This document shows positions 1 through 8,834 of a stretch of 64,000 nt of DNA, in pieces. Every line of letters begins with the position of its first letter. Within the stretch, counting starts at the first letter, position 1. Under the pieces are notes generated by a model. The model worked only from the letters and a program-made list of their open reading frames with translations. It was not told the DNA's origin and did not search any database. Made by a program: the position numbers and the translations under genes. The stretch comes from an uncultured virus (IMG/VR IMGVR_UViG_3300045747_000172) (lineage: Duplodnaviria; Heunggongvirae; Uroviricota; Caudoviricetes): IMG/VR virus record IMGVR_UViG_3300045747_000172, one strand, 5' to 3'.

Positions 1-1
1 C

Positions 2-2035
2 CACCTCAAACTCACTGACGATCCAGTCCTTGATCGCCGGGTACTCCTGTACCATGCGCCCGGCCCAGTAGCCGTGTACGTCATACCCGGTCCAGCACGC
101 CTTGATGAGGTTCTCGTCACCGCTGGCCATGCCCGCCACGCGGAACTCGATCTGCCCGTAGTCGAAGGCTACGATCCACCGGCCGTTGCCGACGTAGATG
201 ATGCCTCTGACCTCCCGGTGCTTGCGGACTGGCCAGTTCTGGGCGTTGGGGTCCTCTGCCGCCAGCCGCCCCGTCTCAGCGGTCATGCTCGAGTACGAGC
301 AGTGCAGCATGTCGTCCGGGTACACGAACTTCCGGTTGGTGATCGGCCTGAGGTAGGTGCTGCTGATCTTTTCGATGCCTCGGTGCTCGAGGATCAGTGC
401 CGCACTCGGTACCTCGTCCTTGGGTATCAGTGCCAGTGCCTCCTCGTTCGTGGTCTCCTTGCGGTTGCCCTCGCGGTCTTCGGTGAGCACCTCGTCCCGC
501 TGGCAGATGTCGCGCATGAGCACCAGCACGTGGTCGTTGTTCGTCGGACTGAACGTGCCGTACTTGCGGGCGTACTGCTTGACCTCACTGCACGCTGCCA
601 GCCGCTCCTCGATGTCCAGGATCTTGCCGTCCATCTCCGTCTCGAGCTTCTCCGCGTAGGCGATGTCGAGAGGCAGCCCCCGCATCTGCGTGATCACCAG
701 AGTCGGGGCCAGGCGTACCTTGCGGTCATGTGCCCACTGGTTCTTCTTGTCCCGGGCGAGGATCGGGCGGAGCGTGCGGCTGAGCTTGTTCGTCCACTTG
801 CCGTCCATGCCGTTGTAGCGGAGGATCTCGAGCAGTGGGTACTCCTTCCACCAGCGAGGCCGGCTGACGTCCACCCTGCTCTGCTTCTTCAGGTTGAACC
901 CGAAGTAGACGATGGTGTTCACCTCGAGGCTCTTGGTGCCGCTCCGTTCGTCGATCGTGTGGGCCATGCTCATGGTGTCGTCCCACTCCGTGAGGCGGAG
1001 GATCCGCACGTCGATGAACACCGCCAGCCACTCCATCTCGAAGCCCAGGTGGTGGCACTCCTTGACGCCGCTGTTGAGCAGGAACTCAATGAACAGGGAC
1101 CAGGCCTGTCGCCGGAGGAATGGACTCCCTGCCCACCCGTCCTCATGGTCGAGGATGAAGGCCACCCCGTATTCGAAGGTGTTGACCGTGCAGCAAAGGA
1201 CCTGCTGCTCGACCACCTTCCGCTTGAAGCCCGACGGGTACGGCCTGAGTGCAGTGGTCTCGATGTCGAGCCCAACGCGGGGTTCGCGTGCCAGACGTTC
1301 GAGTGCTGCCTTGAGCCGGTCGAGATCACCCGCCTCGTTGCCGGTGATGTACTCGATCCCGGCGTCGTAGGGACCCTCGTGGTACTCGGGCTCCGGCAGG
1401 TGGTCCATCTCCGCCAGAAGCACCTCGATGTCGTGTTTGAAGGCGACCTCCCGTTCGTCAGGCCCGTACTTGCTCTGCTCCTTGAAGACGAACGAGGGGA
1501 ACATGACGCAGAAGTACCAGCAGACGTGGCTGCCGATCTTGACCACCATGAACCGGCCGCGCCACCGGGGACTGTACGCGTCCAGCTTTGTCGCCCAGCC
1601 CAGGGCAGCGTCACCGATGCCGAGGATCACTCTGGGCTTGGTGCGCTCGATGTCAGCCACCACGCGAGGCCGGCAGCACTCGACCTCATGCGCTGCCGGT
1701 GCGTTGTGGTCGGTCGCGCACTGGATGACGCCGCCGAACCTGGTCCATTCACCGCTGTCGCGTGGGAGCAGACGCTCTAGGTGCTTGCCCACTTTGTCAC
1801 TGAGGTAGTGCTGGGCCTTATCGTCGCGCTCACTCGGCCCGTAGGTCAGCACGTACAGGAGCGGGTCCGGTGAGCCGCTGGGTTCCATCTTGGGCGTCGC
1901 CAGGGAGTCCTTGTCCCTGGGGCAGACGCTGCATCCCAGCCTGTTCAGCGACTGGATGGGGATGACCCCACGTGGTCGCGTGTTCTTGGGCTTGGCTTTC
2001 GCCTCAGCCTTGATGTCGTTGTATAAAAACCCCAC
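2..2035 (-). CDS. DNA polymerase family A with N-terminal UDG-like domain and 3'-5' exonuclease; runs off the left edge
   Basis: Not in the ORF track; translated by hand from GTG at 2035 (MGFLYNDIK...). Contains CSVC and ECCRPRVVADIERTKPRVILGIG (family-4 UDG-like), exonuclease LDIETT, and polymerase motifs TGRLAAEDPNAQN and AFDYGQIEFRV. Confidence 0.93.
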   Translation of the reverse strand, partial: MGFLYNDIKAEAKAKPKNTRPRGVIPIQSLNRLGCSVCPRDKDSLATPKMEPSGSPDPLLYVLTYGPSERDDKAQHYLSDKVGKHLERLLPRDSGEWTRFGGVIQCATDHNAPAAHEVECCRPRVVADIERTKPRVILGIGDAALGWATKLDAYSPRWRGRFMVVKIGSHVCWYFCVMFPSFVFKEQSKYGPDEREVAFKHDIEVLLAEMDHLPEPEYHEGPYDAGIEYITGNEAGDLDRLKAALERLAREPRVGLDIETTALRPYPSGFKRKVVEQQVLCCTVNTFEYGVAFILDHEDGWAGSPFLRRQAWSLFIEFLLNSGVKECHHLGFEMEWLAVFIDVRILRLTEWDDTMSMAHTIDERSGTKSLEVNTIVYFGFNLKKQSRVDVSRPRWWKEYPLLEILRYNGMDGKWTNKLSRTLRPILARDKKNQWAHDRKVRLAPTLVITQMRGLPLDIAYAEKLETEMDGKILDIEERLAACSEVKQYARKYGTFSPTNNDHVLVLMRDICQRDEVLTEDREGNRKETTNEEALALIPKDEVPSAALILEHRGIEKISSTYLRPITNRKFVYPDDMLHCSYSSMTAETGRLAAEDPNAQNWPVRKHREVRGIIYVGNGRWIVAFDYGQIEFRVAGMASGDENLIKACWTGYDVHGYWAGRMVQEYPAIKDWIVSEFEV

Positions 2036-2039
2036 GGCT

Positions 2040-2270
2040 TCAGCCCCACCGGTCGTAGACGACAGCACCATCCTTTTTCGACTGTTCAACCAGCAGACGA
2101 TGGACGTCCTCGTCTCCAGCCTTCATGACACAGTTGAAACACATCCAGGCAGTGCAGTACTGTGTCCGGTGTACTTCAGTGTCCCGGTCAGGGTTGCAGT
2201 TCGTCCAACCGAGTGAGCATCGACCGCGTTGGGTTTCAAGCTTCGCAGGTTCCCTTGGTTTGCGGGCCAT
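2040..2270 (-). CDS. Small Cys-rich hypothetical protein
   Basis: Strong RBS (AGGAGGT) before ATG at 2270; MARKPREP...C..C..CTAWMCFNC; fills the gap between the clamp and polymerase genes. Confidence 0.6.
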   Translation of the reverse strand: MARKPREPAKLETQRGRCSLGWTNCNPDRDTEVHRTQYCTAWMCFNCVMKAGDEDVHRLLVEQSKKDGAVVYDRWG

Positions 2271-2278
2271 GTCACCTC

Positions 2279-3361
2279 CTAGGCAGCGCAGTGGGCGATC
2301 ATGTGCATGAACAGGCCGTCGCCGCTGGTCATGCAGAAGGCCTTGTCGTAGAGTGCGATGCGGGCGCACTGCTTGGAGCCGCGGATGACCAGCGCAGGGT
2401 CCACGTAAAACGCCTTGCTTGGCACGAACGCGTGCTGTGGGTACTCGAGGAGGTCCTCCACCTCGCCAAGGGCGCTACGGGAGAACATGCGGATACCGAT
2501 GTTGTCCTCACTGATCTCGGTGCTCTTGTCGGCCTCGGTGGCCAGTACCAGCAGCGCCCGCTGCCAGGCGGCGTCGAACGTCTCCGGTATCGGCACCGAG
2601 TCCTTGCCCAGCTTGTCGATGTCGAGGTACTTGGAGATGATCATGGGCATGTCCAGTGGGTTCACGTCGTCCAGGGTACGCGTGAACACCCACGCCTTCT
2701 TGCCGAAGGTGACCCTGAGCGCGCCGGCGTAGACCTGCAGGTCCACCGGGTCATTGGGGAACGCACGGCTCAGGGAGAGCATCTGGTCGCAGAAGAACGT
2801 CGGCAGGATGATGGGGGTGCCGCCGGGCAGGTCGATCTTGGACTTGGTGGCGCAGCGACTGATGGTGTGGTTGTCGGTACTGAACAGCACCGCCTTGCCG
2901 TCACTCTGGTCGAGTGTCACGCCCATCTGGGCGGGGTGGGTGGGGTCGGTACCGACGTTCGGCAGGCATTTCTTGATCGCCTCGAGCACCTCGTCCGTCA
3001 GCGGCACAGGGTCGTACTCGTCCTTGGCCGTCGGCCCCGTGAACGGGAAGTCCGTGGCGGCCAGTGCCGGCAGCTTGAGCTTGGCGCGGCCACTGGAGAT
3101 CATCATCTCGCTGCCGCCCGGCAACACGCTCACGGTCTCGGAGTTGAAGCTGGCGAGTGCCTTGATCAGGTTCTCGCCCGGCACGCACGCCTTGATGTCC
3201 AGCGGCACGTCAACCCGGATTGCGGTCACGTCGTTGAAGGCCGTTGCCCCCACGCCGTCGAAGAGGATGTGCGTCAGGGCCGGGATGAAGGACTGAGTCG
3301 ACAAGGCCGGTCGGACGAGGTTGAGGAGCTTGAGCAGGCTGTCGCGGTTGGCTGTGGTCAT
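2279..3361 (-). CDS. DNA sliding clamp, Pol III beta (DnaN)-like
   Basis: About 360 aa. N-terminus NRDSLLKLLNLVRPAL...IPALTHILF; LPALAATDFP and STDNHTIS resemble DnaN segments; lies just upstream of the polymerase. Confidence 0.8.
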   Translation of the reverse strand: MTTANRDSLLKLLNLVRPALSTQSFIPALTHILFDGVGATAFNDVTAIRVDVPLDIKACVPGENLIKALASFNSETVSVLPGGSEMMISSGRAKLKLPALAATDFPFTGPTAKDEYDPVPLTDEVLEAIKKCLPNVGTDPTHPAQMGVTLDQSDGKAVLFSTDNHTISRCATKSKIDLPGGTPIILPTFFCDQMLSLSRAFPNDPVDLQVYAGALRVTFGKKAWVFTRTLDDVNPLDMPMIISKYLDIDKLGKDSVPIPETFDAAWQRALLVLATEADKSTEISEDNIGIRMFSRSALGEVEDLLEYPQHAFVPSKAFYVDPALVIRGSKQCARIALYDKAFCMTSGDGLFMHMIAHCAA

Positions 3362-3569
3362 CGGGGTTCTCCGTGGTGGTTTCGGGAAGACCGTCCTTGT
3401 ACTTGGATCGGTCGCTGGGCTCGAAGTGCCCGTGCTTGGCGTAGTACTCCAGGTTGGCAGTGCCGCCCTCGCTGAAGTGCACAAACGAAAGCAGGCGGTT
3501 CTTCACCCCCTGCTGGTTCAGCAGCATGCTGTACTGGATCGCCAGGTTGACAGTGAAGACAATCTTCAT
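3210..3569 (-). CDS. Hypothetical protein; 3' part overlaps the clamp gene
   Basis: ATGA coupling with the upstream ORF; MKIVFTVN...NRLLSFVHF. Confidence 0.5.
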   Translation of the reverse strand: MKIVFTVNLAIQYSMLLNQQGVKNRLLSFVHFSEGGTANLEYYAKHGHFEPSDRSKYKDGLPETTTENPDDHSQPRQPAQAPQPRPTGLVDSVLHPGPDAHPLRRRGGNGLQRRDRNPG

Positions 3570-3775
3570 GGGCTCCCTACGCGGTTGAACTTGTTGTTGA
3601 GGTACTCAGCCCAGTCCCTGGCCTGCTCCGGCCCGGTGCCGAAGTAGATGCAGATGGCTTCCAGGGTGGTCAGGTCATTGGCCTGAGTGCGGGTGACGCG
3701 CAGCTTCTTGCCGTTCATCTCGAGGACGGCCGCGTCACTGCTGCCGACCTCCATGTGCACGCTGGGGAAGCTCAT
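3566..3775 (-). CDS. Hypothetical protein
   Basis: Stop/start-coupled 69 aa ORF in the leftward operon. Confidence 0.6.
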   Translation of the reverse strand: MSFPSVHMEVGSSDAAVLEMNGKKLRVTRTQANDLTTLEAICIYFGTGPEQARDWAEYLNNKFNRVGSP

Positions 3776-4059
3776 GTCATCTCCCCGATCTCGTGGGCGA
3801 TGCCGGCCAGGAGTGAGCTCTTCTCACCCAGGACGCCCTGCTCCACCTTCTTGACGTGGTGGAGCCAGTGCTGCTTGGACGGCGGGATCTGCACGCCGTG
3901 CGCCAGCTGCAGGTACTTCTGGGAGTGACCGAGAATGTGCATGGCTGCCTCGCGGAAGGCCTGGGCACGGATCTCGCCCACGGTGTAGCCGACCTTCTGC
4001 AGTGCCTCGGCTGTGTCAGCCTCTTCCGCTCGGCGGTCCAGTTCTTCAGATGTGCTCAT
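3772..4059 (-). CDS. Hypothetical protein
   Basis: MSTSEELDRR...; ATGA overlaps on both sides. Confidence 0.6.
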   Translation of the reverse strand: MSTSEELDRRAEEADTAEALQKVGYTVGEIRAQAFREAAMHILGHSQKYLQLAHGVQIPPSKQHWLHHVKKVEQGVLGEKSSLLAGIAHEIGEMT

Positions 4060-4250
4060 ACGAGTCCTTTCTCTTCTGCGAGCCATTGTGGGATGAAGAT
4101 GCTGGTGGCATCCTCCATGTCAGCGTGCCCGGGGCTCCAGTCCGTGACCTGAGAGCGCGGCACCCAGGCCTGACCCTTCTCGGTAGCCACGCGCAGGGCC
4201 ATGGGCGTGTGGACGAGCACCTGGACTTCCAGTTCGACTGAGTTAGGCAT
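4056..4250 (-). CDS. Small hypothetical protein
   Basis: MPNSVELEV...AWVPRSQV...IPQWLAEEKGL; follows dpdA directly. Confidence 0.65.
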   Translation of the reverse strand: MPNSVELEVQVLVHTPMALRVATEKGQAWVPRSQVTDWSPGHADMEDATSIFIPQWLAEEKGLV

Positions 4251-4252
4251 GG

Positions 4253-5077
4253 TCACGCATCCTCGAACAGGTGAGTGCGGCTGCGCTTGAAGGGCCCCGG
4301 CGTGAAGCCCTGCTCGAACCGCTGGAAGAAGTAGCAGCAAAGGCGTGCACGCTCCTTGTAGTCGGTCTCGGCCAGGGTGAGTGAACTACCTGCCTCCGCC
4401 AACCACTGCAGGACGTGCTCGCGCTCGCCGTCGATGTGCCGCCAGGCCGACTCCTTCATGCCTCTGAGCAGCACGTGGCCCTCGCCGAAGGGCTCACTGA
4501 TGTAGCAGATCTGCGGCTTCTTGTTGAAGTTCCAGGCTCCTTTCTCCCAGTGGGGTAACAGGATCTTGCCGCGGGCTGCGATCATGATCCAGGTGGTGCT
4601 GTCCGCCGAGTACCAGGGGTAGCGGATGAGCAGGTCAATGGCGGTGACGCCGAAGGCGTGCGTCTTCACCACCGGCCAGCCCTGTTCGTCGGTGATCTCG
4701 CTGAACACCCGGTCGAGCCACACCCGCTTCTTGTCGGTGGTGCGGTCATTGGCCGGGCTGATCCCGATGTAGGGACACCCATGCTCGACCATGCGGCGCA
4801 GCCACTTGAACTGCTCACCCATGTGGAACACTGGAATGGGCTTGAGGCCCTCCGCTTCCATGCGGAGCATGTTCGCCCAGCCCTTCTCCGCACTCTCCTC
4901 CACCTCCGTGGGGCTGGGAGTGACGCCGAAGGCACCGGGGATGACGTCCAGGTTCACGTAGCAGGAGACGTGCTCGATGTTCGCCTTGATGTAGGCGATG
5001 TAGTGATCGAGGTCGATCTCCCGGCCGACGTTCCAGGCGCTGAATGCGCCGCTGTCGAGCATGAGGTCCAGGTCCAC
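4253..5077 (-). CDS. dpdA: DpdA-like 7-deazaguanine DNA transglycosylase (TGT fold)
   Basis: LDSGAFSA, NLDVIPG, PVFH, THAFG and WYSADSTTW motifs; adjacent to queF, folE and queC. Confidence 0.85.
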   Translation of the reverse strand: MDLDLMLDSGAFSAWNVGREIDLDHYIAYIKANIEHVSCYVNLDVIPGAFGVTPSPTEVEESAEKGWANMLRMEAEGLKPIPVFHMGEQFKWLRRMVEHGCPYIGISPANDRTTDKKRVWLDRVFSEITDEQGWPVVKTHAFGVTAIDLLIRYPWYSADSTTWIMIAARGKILLPHWEKGAWNFNKKPQICYISEPFGEGHVLLRGMKESAWRHIDGEREHVLQWLAEAGSSLTLAETDYKERARLCCYFFQRFEQGFTPGPFKRSRTHLFEDA

Positions 5078-5078
5078 G

Positions 5079-5612
5079 TCAGTCTCCTGACTTGGTGACG
5101 CTCACCGTCTCACCCAGCCTGCCCCCGACTTGGTTATGCCCCGCCTGCCATTCGTAGGAGCCAGCGCCGGGGAACGGAGGTGCCGGCTTGTGGTAGTTGA
5201 AGGTCGGCCAGAATGGGATGCCGCCGCGAGGCGTGAACCGGCCCTCGACCTGGAGCCTGATCGGGTCGAGCAACGCGACCAGGTCCCTGCCGATGCGCTG
5301 CACGCACGCCTCGTGGAACTCGCCGGCCATGCGGAAGGAGCCGAGGTACAGCTTCAGCGCCTTGGACTCGACGCAGACCGTGTTCGGCATGTAGTCGATG
5401 ACGATGGTGGCGAAGTCGGGCTGGCCGGTCAGCGGGCAGAGGCTAGTGAACTCGGGTGCCTCGATGTGCACGTTCAGCGAGCTGCCAGCCACGGACAGGT
5501 CCACGGTGTGGGCTGGGTTGGGGAACGACTCGAGCAGCGCCGCGTGCGGGCCGTCGAAGCGGTACTTGGTGTCGGTACCGAGGGCCTTGAGGCCGGAAGG
5601 GTCTGAGTGCAT
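5079..5612 (-). CDS. queF: NADPH-dependent preQ0 reductase
   Basis: EFTSLCPLTGQPDFA (catalytic Cys/Asp), QueF motif ESKALKLYL, FHE and FTPRGGI. Confidence 0.92.
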   Translation of the reverse strand: MHSDPSGLKALGTDTKYRFDGPHAALLESFPNPAHTVDLSVAGSSLNVHIEAPEFTSLCPLTGQPDFATIVIDYMPNTVCVESKALKLYLGSFRMAGEFHEACVQRIGRDLVALLDPIRLQVEGRFTPRGGIPFWPTFNYHKPAPPFPGAGSYEWQAGHNQVGGRLGETVSVTKSGD

Positions 5613-5617
5613 AGGTC

Positions 5618-6319
5618 CTACTTGGTCATGGCAATGAGGTTGAAGAACTCCTGGCGCGCGCCCATCTCGTCCATGATGCAGCCGCGCAAGGCACTGGTGG
5701 TGGTCTTGACGCCGACCACGTGCACACCGCGAGTGCACATGCAGAAGTGCTCCGCGGTGATGACGACGCCGACGCCGAGGGGGCTGAGGTTGCGCTGGAT
5801 GCAGTCAGCCACCTGGTTCGTCAGCCGCTCCTGGATCTGCAGGCGCTTGGCGTAGGCGTTGACCACACGCACCAGCTTGCTCAGGCCCACCACCTTGTCC
5901 GTGGGGATGTAGGCCACGTGGGCGACGCCGACAATCGGTGCCATGTGGTGCTCGCACCAGCTGAAGATCGGGATGTTCGTCTCGAGCACCATCTGGTTGT
6001 TCAGTGGACCAGGCGCCCCGTCCTCGAACACCTTGAACAGCGTGTCCGGGTCGGTACCGTAGCCCTCGAACCACTCGCCCCAGGCCTTGGTAACGCGGCT
6101 TGGCGTTTCCAGCAGCCCGGGTCTGGATGGGTCGTCACCGATCAACGCCAACATCTGGCGGATAAGGCCCTGCTTGGCGTCTTGGAACAGGCGCTGCATG
6201 GTCACCGCATCGCTGACCGCTGAGGCGATCGGTGTCGGCGCCGAGGCCTCGGCACCCTTGGCGAAGTCTGCCTCCACGGCCTGCCCGGTGGCCGGGCTGC
6301 CCTCAGTGGCGCCGCTCAC
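5618..6319 (-). CDS. folE: GTP cyclohydrolase I
   Basis: GLLETPSRV, SWCEHH, GLSKLVR, LQIQERLT and HFCMCTRGV; GTG start overlaps the queC stop. Confidence 0.95.
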   Translation of the reverse strand: MSGATEGSPATGQAVEADFAKGAEASAPTPIASAVSDAVTMQRLFQDAKQGLIRQMLALIGDDPSRPGLLETPSRVTKAWGEWFEGYGTDPDTLFKVFEDGAPGPLNNQMVLETNIPIFSWCEHHMAPIVGVAHVAYIPTDKVVGLSKLVRVVNAYAKRLQIQERLTNQVADCIQRNLSPLGVGVVITAEHFCMCTRGVHVVGVKTTTSALRGCIMDEMGARQEFFNLIAMTK

Positions 6320-7125
6320 AGGGCCACCTTCGAGATCTGCGCCACGCCCTGGATCTCTTGCCAGAGTTCCTGGACCTGGAGCGGGTCCTGGTAGTTCGCC
6401 GTGAGTGGCAAAGGCATGAGGCCGGTCATGGCCGCCCTGACCACCAGCGGGTCGGGCAGGCCAGCCTTCTCGAAGCCGTACGCCCTGAGGATCGTGGCGT
6501 GGTCCTTGCCCAGCGGCGGGTACTGACCGTCGTAGCTGGTGTGCGTCCACGCCAATGCCGCGTACCCACCGAGCTGCCGCATCAGCTGCACCGAGGCGTC
6601 CTTGCTGAGGTCCATCAGCGGTGTGTGGATGGTGAAGTCGGCAGCCTTCGCCAGTGCCTCCTGGATCGTGTGCTGCTGGGCAGCGATGAAGCTGGCACGG
6701 CAGTCGGGGTAGTTGGCGTTGTCCGCCTGGCACACGCCGGTGACCATGTGGTCGATGCCGAGCACCGCCGCACGGTTCGCCGCCAGCGTGAGGAACAGGG
6801 CATTGCGCATCGGCACGAACGTCAGCTCCACGCGGTCGCCGATGATCTCGGCCATGCTGTCGTGGTCCTCGTAGAGCTCGAGGTTCTTGGTCGGGTCGGT
6901 CAGCGGGCTGGCGCCCTTGAGGATGGGACCGATCTCGACCACCTCGTGGCTGTGCACGCCGAAGATCGTGGCCACGTCGCAGGCGGCCTGGATCTCGCGC
7001 TCGTGGCGCTGGTTGTAGTCGAAGGTCACGGCGTGCACCTCGGGGAAGTAACGCTTGGCCCAGGCGAGGCAGGTGGTGCTGTCCTGGCCGCCGCTGAGGA
7101 CGACGAGGACTTTGGAGTTGTCCAT
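6316..7125 (-). CDS. queC: 7-cyano-7-deazaguanine synthase
   Basis: SGGQDSTT PP-loop, FDYNQRH, TFVPMRN and YPDCR. The C-terminal zinc cysteines are absent (see findings). Confidence 0.92.
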   Translation of the reverse strand: MDNSKVLVVLSGGQDSTTCLAWAKRYFPEVHAVTFDYNQRHEREIQAACDVATIFGVHSHEVVEIGPILKGASPLTDPTKNLELYEDHDSMAEIIGDRVELTFVPMRNALFLTLAANRAAVLGIDHMVTGVCQADNANYPDCRASFIAAQQHTIQEALAKAADFTIHTPLMDLSKDASVQLMRQLGGYAALAWTHTSYDGQYPPLGKDHATILRAYGFEKAGLPDPLVVRAAMTGLMPLPLTANYQDPLQVQELWQEIQGVAQISKVAL

Positions 7126-7164
7126 GGTGAGGGTTCCTGGTGAGGGTTGAGTGAGGGAACAGAG

Positions 7165-7201
7165 GAAGCCCCGTAGGGCTGGGTCAGCTATACGGGGCTT
7201 C
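7165..7201 (-). terminator. Strong hairpin upstream of queC; possible terminator or processing site
   Basis: GAAGCCCCGTA (7165-7175) pairs perfectly with TACGGGGCTTC (7191-7201), with an inner GCTG/CAGC stem. The U-tract is weak. Confidence 0.5.
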
Positions 7202-7236
7202 GAGGAGAACACGCTGCCAGGTCGGCAGCCCGGCGC

Positions 7237-8181
7237 TTACTTCAGCTTCTTGAGGTCGCGCAGGATGCCGATCAGCTTGTGGCTGTCGCCGTAGATCAGG
7301 TCCAGGGTGGCCTGCTTGAACTCGAGGCCTTCCTTCTTGAGGGTGGCCGCGATGGCGTCCTTCTTGGCTTCCATGTCCGAGCAGATCATCTCGCGCATGC
7401 GCTGGGTGGCGCTGACGCCGCCGTTGGTGGCCGCGGTGATCTTCTTCGGCTTGTCGTCGGTGGCCGTCGCGGTGCTGGTCACCGTCTTGGTCACCACGGT
7501 GGTCGTGGTCTTGTTGCCGTTGGCCGGGGCAGCGCCCTTGGCGTTCTTCACCTTCACGGTGACGCTCTTGACGTTCTCCTTGTCGAACTCGTGTTCCTTG
7601 CCGGTGGAGTCCTTGATGACCAGGCCCTTCTCGTCGATTTCGAGGATGTTGCCGACCACCGTCTTGCGGGCGGTGACCACCTCGACCGTGTCGCTGACCT
7701 CGGGCTCCATCACCTCGGGCTCGGCCGCGGTGCCGCCGCCGTTGCCGCCGACCACCGTGATGCCGCCGTCGAGGCTGTCGTGGCCCAGTTCGTGTTCCTT
7801 GCCGCTGGCCTCCTTGATGACCAGGCCTTCCTTGTCGAGCACGGTCAGCTCGCCGGTGATCTCCTTGCCGCGCTTGGTCTTCACGGACACGGTGTCGCCC
7901 ACCGCGGCTTCCTTCTTGGCCTCGGCGCGGCGGCCACGCGGGGCCAGGGGCGGCTCGACGTCGGGGTACGGGGCGATGGCCTTGCCCGCCTTGACGTTGT
8001 CGCTGTTGTCGTTGTACCAGTCCTGCGCCGGCACCGGGAGCTTCTTCCACTCGGCGTCGGGCAGGTCGGCGATGGCGCTGAGCAGGCGCAACATGTAGTC
8101 CTGGTCGGTGATGCTCTCGTTCTTGCGCTTGGACGGCGTGCAGTCAGTGGCGGCGCTCAGTTGCTCTTGGATCTTGGACAT
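7237..8181 (-). CDS. Hypothetical protein with two tandem small beta-barrel-like repeats
   Basis: VGDTVSVKTKRGKEITGELTVLDKEGLVIKEASGKEHE and VSDTVEVVTARKTVVGNILEIDEKGLVIKDSTGKEHE; strongly biased codons; GGAG RBS. Confidence 0.8.
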   Translation of the reverse strand: MSKIQEQLSAATDCTPSKRKNESITDQDYMLRLLSAIADLPDAEWKKLPVPAQDWYNDNSDNVKAGKAIAPYPDVEPPLAPRGRRAEAKKEAAVGDTVSVKTKRGKEITGELTVLDKEGLVIKEASGKEHELGHDSLDGGITVVGGNGGGTAAEPEVMEPEVSDTVEVVTARKTVVGNILEIDEKGLVIKDSTGKEHEFDKENVKSVTVKVKNAKGAAPANGNKTTTTVVTKTVTSTATATDDKPKKITAATNGGVSATQRMREMICSDMEAKKDAIAATLKKEGLEFKQATLDLIYGDSHKLIGILRDLKKLK

Positions 8182-8247
8182 GATCGAAATCTCCATACGG
8201 GGTTTAGGTGAGTGGGAAAAGACCGACGTCAATGCGGCGGCTGGGCG

Positions 8248-8254
8248 AATTATA
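8248..8254 (-). promoter_or_regulatory. TATAATT -10-like element
   Basis: Intergenic cgTATAATT on the minus strand, the same core as at 16861-16913. Confidence 0.5.
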
Positions 8255-8270
8255 CGTGGCGTGGGTTGAA

Positions 8271-8831
8271 TTACTCCTTCGAGAAGTAGTTGATAGTGTT
8301 TGTCATCGGCGTACTGCCAGGCGGGAGCCCCAGCATACGAGACACGCTCTTGTCGCCGTCTGGGCGGTAGCGCCCGTTCGCACGCCAGGTGGCCAGCGCC
8401 AGTTCCAGCAACTCCTGCGGGGCCCGTAGGAAGAGCATTAGGACCAGCTGCACATCCTGCGGTGCCTGCTCGATCATCACCGCCAACTGGCCGTCATTCT
8501 CGAGGTCACCGGCCATCGCCGCCAGGCGGTCGATGCTGTACCCCTCCTCCCCCTCCTCCTCGTAGGACACGTCCAGACTCGAGGCCTTGGCGGCGGTGGC
8601 GAGATGACTAAGGTCAGTGAATTCGTGCTCCCAGGTGGTCTTGAACAGACTCATGAAGTGGGCGGGCTCAGTGACACTGGTGTAGCGGCCAGCACACACC
8701 AGGAACACCTTGTGCGCCTCTTGCATGGCGTCCTTGAAGTCGTGGGTCCTGGCGATGCGCCAGAGGTGCTTCTTGAGGTAGTTGACCACGTACCCCTCGA
8801 TCGCACCTTTGAACTCAGGCATGAACGGCAT
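8271..8831 (-). CDS. Putative sigma-factor-like transcription regulator
   Basis: DFKDAMQEAHKVFL...Y...HFMSLF resembles sigma region 2; possible C-terminal HTH (KSVSRMLGL). Confidence 0.5.
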   Translation of the reverse strand: MPFMPEFKGAIEGYVVNYLKKHLWRIARTHDFKDAMQEAHKVFLVCAGRYTSVTEPAHFMSLFKTTWEHEFTDLSHLATAAKASSLDVSYEEEGEEGYSIDRLAAMAGDLENDGQLAVMIEQAPQDVQLVLMLFLRAPQELLELALATWRANGRYRPDGDKSVSRMLGLPPGSTPMTNTINYFSKE

Positions 8832-8834
8832 GGC

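Noticed and set aside
74..1780. 568 aa plus-strand ORF and many other long opposite-strand ORFs (for example 2162-3475, 11958-13028, 19466-20518, 30593-32590, 35230-36609)
   Set aside because: These are antisense shadows of well-supported genes, expected with high GC3; they have no motifs or RBS.
7126..7236. Possible preQ1 riboswitch upstream of queC
   Set aside because: It is a simple hairpin without the A-rich 3' tail or loop consensus of class I preQ1 riboswitches. An Rfam scan would settle it.
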